From positions 1 to 64,000 of the forward strand of contig JBBTCT010000024.1 of NCBI GenBank assembly GCA_038060895.1: a stretch of DNA of 64,000 nt, given 5' to 3'. The stretch is from Planctomycetota bacterium. GTDB lineage: Bacteria; Planctomycetota; MHYJ01; WSZJ01. Under the pieces are notes generated by a model. The model did not search any database and was not told where the DNA came from. It worked only from the letters and a program-made list of their open reading frames with translations. Made by a program: the position numbers and the translations under genes. Positions 9,920 to 17,992 of this stretch are shown here, piece after piece. How positions within the stretch are numbered: position 1 is the stretch's first letter; each line of letters begins with the position of its first letter.

Positions 9920-12283
9920 TCATTTTCCAGGCCCCGTCAGGAACTTCTCGACTTCGGCAAGGTCGACCGGCTTCAGCAGGTGAGCGTCGAATCCAGCTTC
10001 ACGCGCCAGGAGAACGTCGTCGCTCGTGCCGTATCCGGTGAGGGCGACCAGCCGCGTGTTCTTCATGGCCGGGTCCAGGCGCAGGCGGCTGGCGATTTCA
10101 TAGCCGTTGAGCCCGGGCAGCCCGATGTCCAGCAGGATCACGTCCGGCCGCCACGCGAGTGCCGCTTCGAGCGCCGCCGGTCCCGAGTAGGCCTTCTGCA
10201 CCGTGCGTCCGCCGAGCTCGAGGAGCATTGCGAGCATGTTGCAGGCGTCGACGTTGTCGTCGACCACCAGCACCCTCAGCTTGTCCCCCACGGCAACCGC
10301 GCGGGTCGCCGCTGGCGGGGCAACATCCGGGGCTGCAATGACTGGCAGCCAGACGATGAACTCGCTTCCTTTGCCCAATCCCTCGCTGTGCGCTTCGACC
10401 GTTCCCCCCTGCAGTTTCGTCAACCGCTGCACGAGGTTCAGACCCAGGCCCAACCCGCCCTGCACGCGGTCGAGCGAACGGTCGGCCTGCATGAAGAGAT
10501 CGAACACGCAGGGGAGAACCTCCGCCGCGATCCCGATTCCGGAGTCACGGACGCGCAGCCCGACGCGGCCTTCGTTGCTTTCGAGCTCGAGCCAGATCTG
10601 GCCGCCGACATCCGTGTACTTGATGGCGTTGTCGAGCAGGTTCATGGCGACCTGCTCAAGCCGGGTCGAGTCGGCCATGACCCACACCGGATCTTTCGGC
10701 AGTCTAAGGACGACCTGCTGCTTGCGCCTGGCGACCAGAGGTCGGGCCGATTCCAGCGTGTGCCTCACAACCTGGCAGAAGTCCACCGTCTCCAGGCGGA
10801 TCTGAATGTGCCCGCTCACGACCCGCGAGACTTCCAGGAGATCGCTCACGATGCGCGTGAGGTGCGCGACCTGCCGCTCGATGACCTCTCGCGCCTGCCG
10901 CTGGACGGGGTTCTCCTGGCCATTCTCCTGAAGCGCCAGGAGGTGCGTCGCGCTGATAATCGGCGCCAGCGGGTTGCGCAGCTCGTGCGACAGCATCGCC
11001 AGGAACTCGTCCTTGCGCCGACTCTGCTCCGCCAGCGCCCCGGACTGGATCCTGACCTGCTCCTCCAGTTGCGTCCGCTCCGAGATGTCGCGCACGTTGC
11101 ACTGGGCTACAAGCCGGTGGCCCTCGGAGTACACGTTGCTGACGAACTCGACCGAAGTGCTTCTCCCCGCGGGTGTCTGGACCGGGAGATGGTCGTAGCG
11201 AACGTAGCCTTCGCTCCGCAGCTTCTCGAACATCGCCTTGTTTTCGGCGACGTCCTTGAAGAGCCCTATCTCGAAGAGTTCCTTGCCCGCCAGGGCAGGC
11301 AGGTCCTGACCCAGGAGCCCGCACATGAACGCGTTGGCGTCGATAATCTTCCCCGACCGTGCATCCAGGATGAGGATGCCGTCCTTGGCGAACTGGAAAA
11401 GGCGGCGGAAGCGGATTTCCGAGTCGCGAAGCGCCTGCTCGGCGGCTCGGCGATCGGTCACGTCCTCCATTCCCATCAGGATCAGCTCGTCGGTCTCGTC
11501 GTTCTTGATGCGCCGCGCGTTGACCATCAGCGTTCGGTGCCCGATTTTCGGAAAGTCGTGCTCGACCTCGAAGTCTTCGAACGAATGGTTGCTCGGGATG
11601 ATCTCCTCGAGCAGCGTCCGGAGGCGCGGGATATTCCAGTGGCCTCCGCCCAGCTCGTACACGAGGCGATTGACGGTGTCCTTCTCCGCGACCTGGAACT
11701 TCCGGTAAAAAGCGGCGTTCGCCGACTTCACGCGCAGCTTCCCGTCCAGGACCACGAACCCGTGGCGGAGCGTGTCCAGAATGCCCTGCGCGTAAGTCAG
11801 CGCCGCATCCGCGCGCGCTTCCTGTCTCCTGCGCTCGCCGATGTCGCGGAATACGAGCACCGCGCCGGCAAGGACTCCTCTTTCGTCGCGGATCGGCGCC
11901 GCGCTGTCGTCGATGTGCCTCTCGGTTCCATCCTTGGCGATGAGAAGCGTGTGGTTCGTGAGGCCGACGGGCACGCCTTCCTTCAGCGCCCGAGCGACGG
12001 GACACGCTGTCCCCTTGCGGTTCTTCTCGTTGACGATTCTGAAGACGCTCTCTACAGGCAGAGTCTGGGCCTCCCCCTGCGACCACCCTGTCAGCGTCTG
12101 CGCCACGGGATTGAGAAAGGTGATCCGGCCGAGCGCATCCGTGGTGATCACGGCGTCCGCGATGCTGGAAAGCGTGACGCGAAGCAACTCAAGCGACGCG
12201 GGAAGCGCCGGCACCACGAGATCCGGGAGGCCGTGGACGCCGGGCGCTTCATGGGACCCCGAAGCAGTCTTGTGGATCGACAA
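9920..12283 (-). CDS. Hybrid sensor histidine kinase (3 PAS-HisKA-HATPase-REC)
   Basis: FLAMLSHELRNPL, NLLDNAIKY, DSGIG, GGLGLGL; C-terminal REC (LLDIGLP). Confidence 0.97.
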   Translation of the reverse strand: MSIHKTASGSHEAPGVHGLPDLVVPALPASLELLRVTLSSIADAVITTDALGRITFLNPVAQTLTGWSQGEAQTLPVESVFRIVNEKNRKGTACPVARALKEGVPVGLTNHTLLIAKDGTERHIDDSAAPIRDERGVLAGAVLVFRDIGERRRQEARADAALTYAQGILDTLRHGFVVLDGKLRVKSANAAFYRKFQVAEKDTVNRLVYELGGGHWNIPRLRTLLEEIIPSNHSFEDFEVEHDFPKIGHRTLMVNARRIKNDETDELILMGMEDVTDRRAAEQALRDSEIRFRRLFQFAKDGILILDARSGKIIDANAFMCGLLGQDLPALAGKELFEIGLFKDVAENKAMFEKLRSEGYVRYDHLPVQTPAGRSTSVEFVSNVYSEGHRLVAQCNVRDISERTQLEEQVRIQSGALAEQSRRKDEFLAMLSHELRNPLAPIISATHLLALQENGQENPVQRQAREVIERQVAHLTRIVSDLLEVSRVVSGHIQIRLETVDFCQVVRHTLESARPLVARRKQQVVLRLPKDPVWVMADSTRLEQVAMNLLDNAIKYTDVGGQIWLELESNEGRVGLRVRDSGIGIAAEVLPCVFDLFMQADRSLDRVQGGLGLGLNLVQRLTKLQGGTVEAHSEGLGKGSEFIVWLPVIAAPDVAPPAATRAVAVGDKLRVLVVDDNVDACNMLAMLLELGGRTVQKAYSGPAALEAALAWRPDVILLDIGLPGLNGYEIASRLRLDPAMKNTRLVALTGYGTSDDVLLAREAGFDAHLLKPVDLAEVEKFLTGPGK

Positions 12284-12468
12284 GGGCGCTTACTCCTATT
12301 CCGAACGGCAGGGCGACAGGTCCCATCAACTTATTTGAATGATGTCGACAGATTCTACCACGATTGTCGACAAGTCAGGCCTGCGGAATGCGCTCCCTCC
12401 GGGGCATTCCCGGGCACGAACCTCCCCGCGGATGCATCCTGGCATCCGCGGAGATCCGGCCGGATTGG

Positions 12469-13017
12469 CTAGAACAGCACTTCGACCGCCCACTGCTTCC
12501 AGTCCTTCTGGATCGCTTCGGCGTCGGCGACAGACCGCGCCTTCAGGGTCACGACGACGTGCCCCTTGCGGACGTGCTCCTCGATCAGCTTCACGTGTTT
12601 CTCCGGGATATCCAGACCGGCGAGGCCGCCGATGAGGCCGCCGATCGCTCCGCCTGCGCCGGCCGCCGCGAACGCCGCGACGATCGGGCCTGCGATGACG
12701 ATGCCGAGGCCGGGGAGAAGAATGGAAGCGCCGACAGCCAGGACGACCGCGAGCGCGCCCGCCGTCGTGCCGATGGCGCCGCCGACCGCCGCGCCTTCCA
12801 GAGCCTTGTTCTCGTTGGGCTGGCGGACGACGATAAAGTGCTTCTTGTGCGCCTCGTCAGAAACGGCGACGGACAGGTCGGTCGTCTTGTATCCGCGGGC
12901 GATGGCCGCGTCCCACGCCCGTTCCGCCGAAGCGCGGTCCGGGAAAATGCCGGTCACGATCGTCGAGATGAGGACCACGGGCGGCGACATCGGAAGACTG
13001 GCAACGGGCACGTTCAT
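12469..13017 (-). CDS. General stress protein with Gly/Ala-rich membrane hairpin (YflT-like)
   Basis: GAAVGGAIG..PGLGIVIAGP..GGLIGGLAGLDIPE pattern. Confidence 0.8.
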   Translation of the reverse strand: MNVPVASLPMSPPVVLISTIVTGIFPDRASAERAWDAAIARGYKTTDLSVAVSDEAHKKHFIVVRQPNENKALEGAAVGGAIGTTAGALAVVLAVGASILLPGLGIVIAGPIVAAFAAAGAGGAIGGLIGGLAGLDIPEKHVKLIEEHVRKGHVVVTLKARSVADAEAIQKDWKQWAVEVLF

Positions 13018-13093
13018 GAAGACCTCCAGAGTTGGGCACGCCTCCGTAAGGCGCGCGAGCGGGAACGACTTTCCGGCGGGAAACCCACCGGAT

Positions 13094-13492
13094 CTACTCC
13101 TTGACCGTCACTTCAAGTGATTCCGTCACCGCCAGCCCGTCGGGGCCCTCGGCCGTCACGTGCACGATCTGGCCCGAGACCAGGCCCGCGTCGTTCGCGG
13201 CGAAGAGCGTGTAGTTCACGATGTAGTCGCTGTCCTTCACTTTCTTGTCCTGCTCGATGACCTTCACGCCCTGGGGCAGGTTTTCAAATCGGACCGAAAC
13301 GTCGGAGCTGATGCTTTCGCGCCAGACGGTGATCGCGACCTTGTTCGTGTCGCCACGCTTCAGGGTCTGGTTCACCGGCTTGAGCATCGAAAGCTTCTTG
13401 CCGTTGGAACCGGAAGCGGAGGTCGAGCTGCAGCCGAGGCCGGGGAGGACGCAGGCGAGGGCGAAACCGGACAGGACGAGGAACGATTTCAT
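13094..13492 (-). CDS. Small Ig-like lipoprotein, paralog of 13555-13950
   Basis: Lipobox GLGC; aligns with neighbour over its length. Confidence 0.85.
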   Translation of the reverse strand: MKSFLVLSGFALACVLPGLGCSSTSASGSNGKKLSMLKPVNQTLKRGDTNKVAITVWRESISSDVSVRFENLPQGVKVIEQDKKVKDSDYIVNYTLFAANDAGLVSGQIVHVTAEGPDGLAVTESLEVTVKE

Positions 13493-13520
13493 GTGAGTCT
13501 CCGAGGGAGAATGAGCGAAT

Positions 13521-13545
13521 CAGGCCGGGCGGGATGCCCGGCCTG
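13521..13545. terminator. Hairpin between the two lipoprotein paralogs
   Basis: caggccgggc-gggat-gcccggcctg. Confidence 0.5.
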
Positions 13546-13554
13546 GTTTCAGGA

Positions 13555-13950
13555 CTACTTCTCGTTCACGGTGATCTTGAAGGTCTCGGTGGCGGTCATG
13601 CCCCCGGGGCCCTCGACGGTCACCTTCGCGACGTGATTGGCGACGAGCGCGGCGTCCGGGGCGGAGTGAAGCGTGTACGTCCCGATGTTCTTGTCGGAGT
13701 CGATCTTCTTGTCCTCCACGACGGTCGTGCCCTTCGGCAGGTCGGAGAACTTCACGCCGACCGAGTCGGAGAAGTTCGACCGCGTGACGGTGACGTTGAT
13801 CGTGTTCGTTTCACCGCGCTTCATCGTCTGGCTTGACGGCTGGAGAAGGGTCAGCTTCTTACCGGTCGAGCCTTCCACCGATGTCTTCTCGCAGCCGATG
13901 GCAACAAGCACGAGGACGATCGCGGCGGCACAGCGTGGGACTAGCTTCAT
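13555..13950 (-). CDS. Small Ig-like lipoprotein
   Basis: Start MKLVPRC with GAAAGGA RBS; lipobox AIGC. Confidence 0.85.
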   Translation of the reverse strand: MKLVPRCAAAIVLVLVAIGCEKTSVEGSTGKKLTLLQPSSQTMKRGETNTINVTVTRSNFSDSVGVKFSDLPKGTTVVEDKKIDSDKNIGTYTLHSAPDAALVANHVAKVTVEGPGGMTATETFKITVNEK

Positions 13951-14030
13951 GTTCACGGTCCTTTCCAATGGAGTTGCGGGCCGATGATGGGAGCGCCCGA
14001 TGGGTTGCAGCCGGAGAGGAGCTACGTCGT

Positions 14031-14180
14031 CTAGGCGACGCGGCGTCCGCTGAAGACGCGGACCAGGATGACGACGATGGCGACGAGGAGGAGCAGGTGG
14101 ATGATGCCGCCGAGGGTGTAGGAACTGACCATCCCGAGAAGCCAGAGGATGACCAGCAGGACAGCGATGGTTTCGAGCAT
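14031..14180 (-). CDS. lmo0937 family (DUF5670) small membrane protein, 49 aa
   Basis: MLETIAVLLVILWLLGMVSSYTLGGIIHLLLLVAIVVILVRVFSGRRVA; AAGGAG RBS. Confidence 0.92.
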   Translation of the reverse strand: MLETIAVLLVILWLLGMVSSYTLGGIIHLLLLVAIVVILVRVFSGRRVA

Positions 14181-14242
14181 GGGAAGTCTCCTTGTTGGGG
14201 AAGCGGATGGGTTCATCCGCGTGAAGAGCGAAGGGAGCTGAT

Positions 14243-14258
14243 CGCAAGGCGTGTGCCG
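14243..14258 (-). promoter_or_regulatory. Sigma-54 promoter for the lmo0937-lipoprotein operon
   Basis: Reverse complement cGGcacacgccttGCg. Confidence 0.8.
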
Positions 14259-14309
14259 CCTTCCGCGCGGGAGTCGCGGGGGGATTCGGCGGCCTTGGGA
14301 GCATTTCGC

Positions 14310-14335
14310 GTAACCGTTACCGCGTACGCCTGACA
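14310..14335 (-). promoter_or_regulatory. Candidate activator (UAS) double site
   Basis: Reverse complement tgtcaggcgtac-gcg-gtaacggttac; near copies at 19502 and 24761. Confidence 0.65.
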
Positions 14336-14457
14336 CACCCCGGGGCGCTGCAGGGGGACCGCGAAGTTTCTCAGCGCGGCCCGGAAACAGCGCCGGCGGC
14401 GACTCGGCCCTTGTGGGCCGGGACGCCGCCGCGGCGATTCGAGCCGATTTACGATCG

Positions 14458-14742
14458 TCAGGCCGTTCGCCTTCGTGGGCCGGCCAGCATGCTGACCACG
14501 GCGACGAACAGGGTCGCCCCGATGATGGACCAGACGATCGGCATGGCGACTCCGCCGATGTTGAGCATGAAGATCTCGGGGAGTCCGAACGAGCGTGCGA
14601 TCCAGGTGCCCAGGAGGGCTCCGACGAACCCGACGGCGATCCCCGACAGGCAACCGCCGTGCGAGTAGCCGGAGATCGACTGGGCAATCCCGCCGATGAT
14701 GCCCGCGACGAACAGAAGAACGACCAGTTCGAGAATGGTCAT
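14458..14742 (-). CDS. GlsB/YeaQ/YmgE family (transglycosylase-associated) membrane protein
   Basis: AGIIGGIAQ..IAVGFVGALLG..SIIGATLFV pattern. Confidence 0.88.
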   Translation of the reverse strand: MTILELVVLLFVAGIIGGIAQSISGYSHGGCLSGIAVGFVGALLGTWIARSFGLPEIFMLNIGGVAMPIVWSIIGATLFVAVVSMLAGPRRRTA

Positions 14743-14745
14743 GGC

Positions 14746-14976
14746 TCAGGCCCTCGCGCCCTTCATGCCCGGCAGGACCAGGCACGCGGCGCCGGCGACG
14801 ATGCCGAGCACTCCGGCCCATAGAGGAACGTCGACGTGTTCCTTGTCGCTGTACCGGATCTGGAATGGCCCGATGTTGGTTTTGCTGGTTGACTTTGTGT
14901 ACTCGAACCCCTTGTAGACGAGGCCGAGAACTCCAAGGGCAATCAGGATGATCCCGACGATTCTGAGTCCGCTCAT
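14746..14976 (-). CDS. Small two-TM membrane protein
   Basis: Start MSGLRIVG with AGGAGG RBS; ..IGP..VPLWAG motif. Confidence 0.8.
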   Translation of the reverse strand: MSGLRIVGIILIALGVLGLVYKGFEYTKSTSKTNIGPFQIRYSDKEHVDVPLWAGVLGIVAGAACLVLPGMKGARA

Positions 14977-15037
14977 GGCATTTCCTCCTGGGGCGACGAT
15001 GGTGACTTCGGAACGACACCTGTCTACGGCCTCCGTG

Positions 15038-15334
15038 CTACCGGCGGCGGAGGAACATCCCTGCGAGGACCCCCACGCCGGCTCCCACTCCCGCGGCCAC
15101 GAACATCGATCTCCACGGCGAACCGGTGACGGCACCTTTGACCGCATCTCGGGCGTTCTCAACCCGGCCAACGGCGCCATCCTTGATCGCGGACACTTTT
15201 TCCAACGTAGCGTCCTTGATTGAATGAAGCTTCTCGGACGCCGCTTCCTTCAGCACCGAGCCGATTCCTGCGATGTCCGAAGCAATGTGCGAACCCTTCA
15301 CGCGAAGCTGATCTGTGTAGCTGTCCTGAGACAT
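15038..15334 (-). CDS. DUF883/YqjD/ElaB-like tail-anchored protein
   Basis: Start MSQDSY with AAGGAG RBS; SPWRSMFVAAGVG..LRRR C-terminal anchor. Confidence 0.85.
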   Translation of the reverse strand: MSQDSYTDQLRVKGSHIASDIAGIGSVLKEAASEKLHSIKDATLEKVSAIKDGAVGRVENARDAVKGAVTGSPWRSMFVAAGVGAGVGVLAGMFLRRR

Positions 15335-15425
15335 GCTGTTCTCCTTTGTCGAGTAATGAATCCTTCGCCACCAGAGCGGGGATTCGCGGATCCGCGTGTT
15401 GCGCATCCGCTGCATCAGTGTTCAT

Positions 15426-15441
15426 CGCAACCGCTGTGCCA
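15426..15441 (-). promoter_or_regulatory. Sigma-54 promoter for the DUF883 operon
   Basis: Reverse complement tGGcacagcggttGCg. Confidence 0.85.
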
Positions 15442-15543
15442 CCCTCAGTCCACGCGAGCGTCGATCGCAGCCGAGTCGGATAAGGAATTATCTACCGGGT
15501 CGGAAACGCCGGACCGGTGTCCGCCGACCTCGTCCCGGTCCGT

Positions 15544-15930
15544 TTACTTCGGCTTTCCTGGCTTATGCGGCTCCGGCCTATGCGGCGCTTCATGCCTCGG
15601 CGGCTGCGGTTTCTCTTCGTGAGCCCGCGGCGGAGAAGAATGCGTCGGTTTCTCGTCGCGGCGACGCTCGATCGTCACGCCGAAATGCCCGTGCGACGAT
15701 TCCACATAGACGTGACTCTCGGGATAGGCGTGCCACTGGCTGTGGTGGTAATAGTGGCCGCAGCCCCCCCGGTGCGCATGGCGTTCAACAATGAGCCACC
15801 CATGCCCGTTCCAGTAGTGCCCGCACTGATGGTCGTGGACGTGGTGACCGTCCGCCACAACCGTGACCGTCCCACGATGGCAGCCGGCCACGGCCAGCGC
15901 CAGCATGCCCGCCAGGAAAATTCGAATCAT
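15544..15930 (-). CDS. His/Cys-rich lipoprotein
   Basis: Start MIRIFLAG with AAGGAG RBS; lipobox VAGC; two HxHxxxCGH motifs. Confidence 0.8.
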   Translation of the reverse strand: MIRIFLAGMLALAVAGCHRGTVTVVADGHHVHDHQCGHYWNGHGWLIVERHAHRGGCGHYYHHSQWHAYPESHVYVESSHGHFGVTIERRRDEKPTHSSPPRAHEEKPQPPRHEAPHRPEPHKPGKPK

Positions 15931-16040
15931 GACTTTCTCCTTGAGTAGAAGGACGCCCCGGCAGATCACGGCGAGGGGACGAACAGCGGGAGGCGAAGCG
16001 CCGGGGCGCACTTCGTTCTCTGTTCGAACGAAGGACATCA

Positions 16041-16056
16041 AGCAAGGGCCGTGCCG
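16041..16056 (-). promoter_or_regulatory. Sigma-54 promoter
   Basis: Reverse complement cGGcacggcccttGCt. Confidence 0.8.
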
Positions 16057-16208
16057 CCGCGAGACGGGCGACACCGGGGAGCCCGGCGGAGATTGCCCGT
16101 AGGGATTACGTGACCCGGAAAATTCCGCGCCCTATCGCCACTTCATGGCGCCGAGATTCCTGATCGCCGCCCCGCGAAGCGCGCGCTGCGGCCCTTCAGC
16201 CTCGCCGG

Positions 16209-16251
16209 AAAAACGAAAAACCCTCATCCACACTGGGGCGGATGAGGGTTT
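16209..16251 (-). terminator. Rho-independent terminator after the DUF3494 gene
   Basis: aaaccctcatcc/ggatgagggttt stem with U-tract on the minus strand. Confidence 0.8.
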
Positions 16252-16279
16252 CCAGACCGGAATCAAAGTGGTGTGGGGA

Positions 16280-17683
16280 TCAAGGCTTGGTGATGGTGTT
16301 GCTTTCGAGGGTCACCGCGGCGCTCTGCGTCAGGGCCCGGCCATCCAGCGTAGCTCCCGTCTTCAGGGAGATGGAGGCTTCGGCCAGGATGTTCCCCTTG
16401 AACTTGCAGGTCGTGTCGAGGGTGGCGGAGCTGCTGACCTGCCAGTAGATGTTTCTTGCGAGGGCGCCGCCGCTGAGGACGACCGAAGTGGCGGGATCCG
16501 TGATGAGCGACGAGCCGAGCTGGAAGACCCAGACGGCATTCGCGTCGCCCTGGGCGTCGAGCGTGAGAATCCCGAGCGGCCCCGTTCCTGAGATGATGAC
16601 CGGGGACGAGCTCTTATAAAGGCCGGGAGCCAGCGTCAGCCCGCCCAGATTGCTCGGGCAGCTGATGACACCCGTCGACCGTCCAGCGAGTTCGACATAC
16701 GCGGTGGTCAGATCGGTCTTGGCCGTATCCGAGATCGTTCCGGGACCGTAGATGGTGCCGTACACGACGCCGGGCGGAAACCCGACGATCGCGCTTCCCG
16801 GGCTCAATCCAACGTCCCCGTAGATGGCGGTCGGGCCCGTGTTGGAGACGGTGGTGCCGGCCAGGACCGCGAAACCATCGGCCGACTTGAGATCTGCATT
16901 CGCCTGACCCGCCATGACAGAAGTGCCCGTGGTGAAGCTCCAAACGTAGTCAAAGAGCAGTGCGTTTCCCGCGAGGTCCTTCACCCCGGTCGTGACGGTG
17001 GCGGTGTAGATCGTGCTGGGTGCCAGGTCGCTGTCAGGGATGAAGCTCGCCGAAGTGCCGGGGCTCGGGCAGACCACGGTGCCGGAAACTGGCGTTGTTC
17101 CTGACTGAAGAGTGAACGTAAACGTCGCGGTCGTGAACGTCGAAGGATCCATCGGCTCATCGAACGTCGCGGTGACCTTCGTGTTGAGGGGAACGCCCGT
17201 GGCCCCGGAGAGCGGAATGGTGGAAGTCACGCTGGGCGCCGTGGAGTCCGAAGTGAGTCCGGTCGTAAAGGTCCACACGTAGGATGCGGCCATCGAGTTC
17301 CCCGAGAGGTCCTGGACGCCCGTGCTGATCGTGGCGGTGAACAGGGTGCTGAAGGCGAGCGAAATGGACGGCAGAAATCTCACCGCGTGATTCGCCGGGT
17401 CGTAGGAGACAACTCCTGTCACGGGAGTCGTGCCGGGCCCGGTCAAGGTGAACGTGGTCGAGGAGATCGTTGAAGCGAGCATCGCTTCGCTGAAGTAGGC
17501 GTCGATCTTCCTGTTGACGGCCACGTCCGGGTCACCGTCGACAGGGTTGGTAGAGATCACGGTGGGCCGGGTGGTGTCCGGAGTAGTCGAGCCCGGGCTT
17601 CCCCCGTCGTCGTCGCCACTGCGGCGATGACATCCGACGGTGGCGACGAGCGCCACCATGCCTGCGATGAATAGTCTGCGCAT
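16280..17683 (-). CDS. Lipoprotein with two Big_5 (SbsA Ig-like) domains and a DUF3494 ice-binding-like domain
   Basis: Start MRRLFIAG; lipobox TVGC; FSEAM/FDEPMD..WTFTT Ig repeats; FAVLAGTTVSNTG..GDVGLSPG, TLAPGLY, NIYWQV. Confidence 0.93.
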   Translation of the reverse strand: MRRLFIAGMVALVATVGCHRRSGDDDGGSPGSTTPDTTRPTVISTNPVDGDPDVAVNRKIDAYFSEAMLASTISSTTFTLTGPGTTPVTGVVSYDPANHAVRFLPSISLAFSTLFTATISTGVQDLSGNSMAASYVWTFTTGLTSDSTAPSVTSTIPLSGATGVPLNTKVTATFDEPMDPSTFTTATFTFTLQSGTTPVSGTVVCPSPGTSASFIPDSDLAPSTIYTATVTTGVKDLAGNALLFDYVWSFTTGTSVMAGQANADLKSADGFAVLAGTTVSNTGPTAIYGDVGLSPGSAIVGFPPGVVYGTIYGPGTISDTAKTDLTTAYVELAGRSTGVISCPSNLGGLTLAPGLYKSSSPVIISGTGPLGILTLDAQGDANAVWVFQLGSSLITDPATSVVLSGGALARNIYWQVSSSATLDTTCKFKGNILAEASISLKTGATLDGRALTQSAAVTLESNTITKP

Positions 17684-17747
17684 ACGGTTCTCCCTTTTGA
17701 GAGTTCGAGTTTTTTCGGGCTCTTGCGACTCCGACGGGCATGTGTAT

Positions 17748-17763
17748 CGCAAGAGCCGTACCG
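17748..17763 (-). promoter_or_regulatory. Sigma-54 promoter for the DUF3494 gene
   Basis: Reverse complement cGGtacggctcttGCg. Confidence 0.7.
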
Positions 17764-17904
17764 GTCGTTTCGACGCCTGAGTGCGCCGCGGAAGGCCAAC
17801 GGCGCTGTTTCCGCACCGAACAAGGTAAGCGTGACCGTGAAATTTCGGGTGCGCGACGCGCCATGAGGCACGTAGCGCCCGGCGACCGGCCATGCGCCCG
17901 CACG

Positions 17905-17920
17905 CGGCACGGGGCTTGCC
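17905..17920 (+). promoter_or_regulatory. Sigma-54 promoter for the 17993 lipoprotein
   Basis: cGGcacggggcttGCc. Confidence 0.75.
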
Positions 17921-17992
17921 AGACAGGTCCTTGTCTTTGGAATCCCCTGTCCGGGCGAAGAGCCCGATTTCTATCACTGCTGGAGGTGCTCG

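Noticed and set aside
12425-12451. GG-N10-GC on the minus strand upstream of the hybrid kinase
   Set aside because: Poor consensus and better explained as the hairpin ccgcggatgc/gcatccgcgg after the 12469 gene
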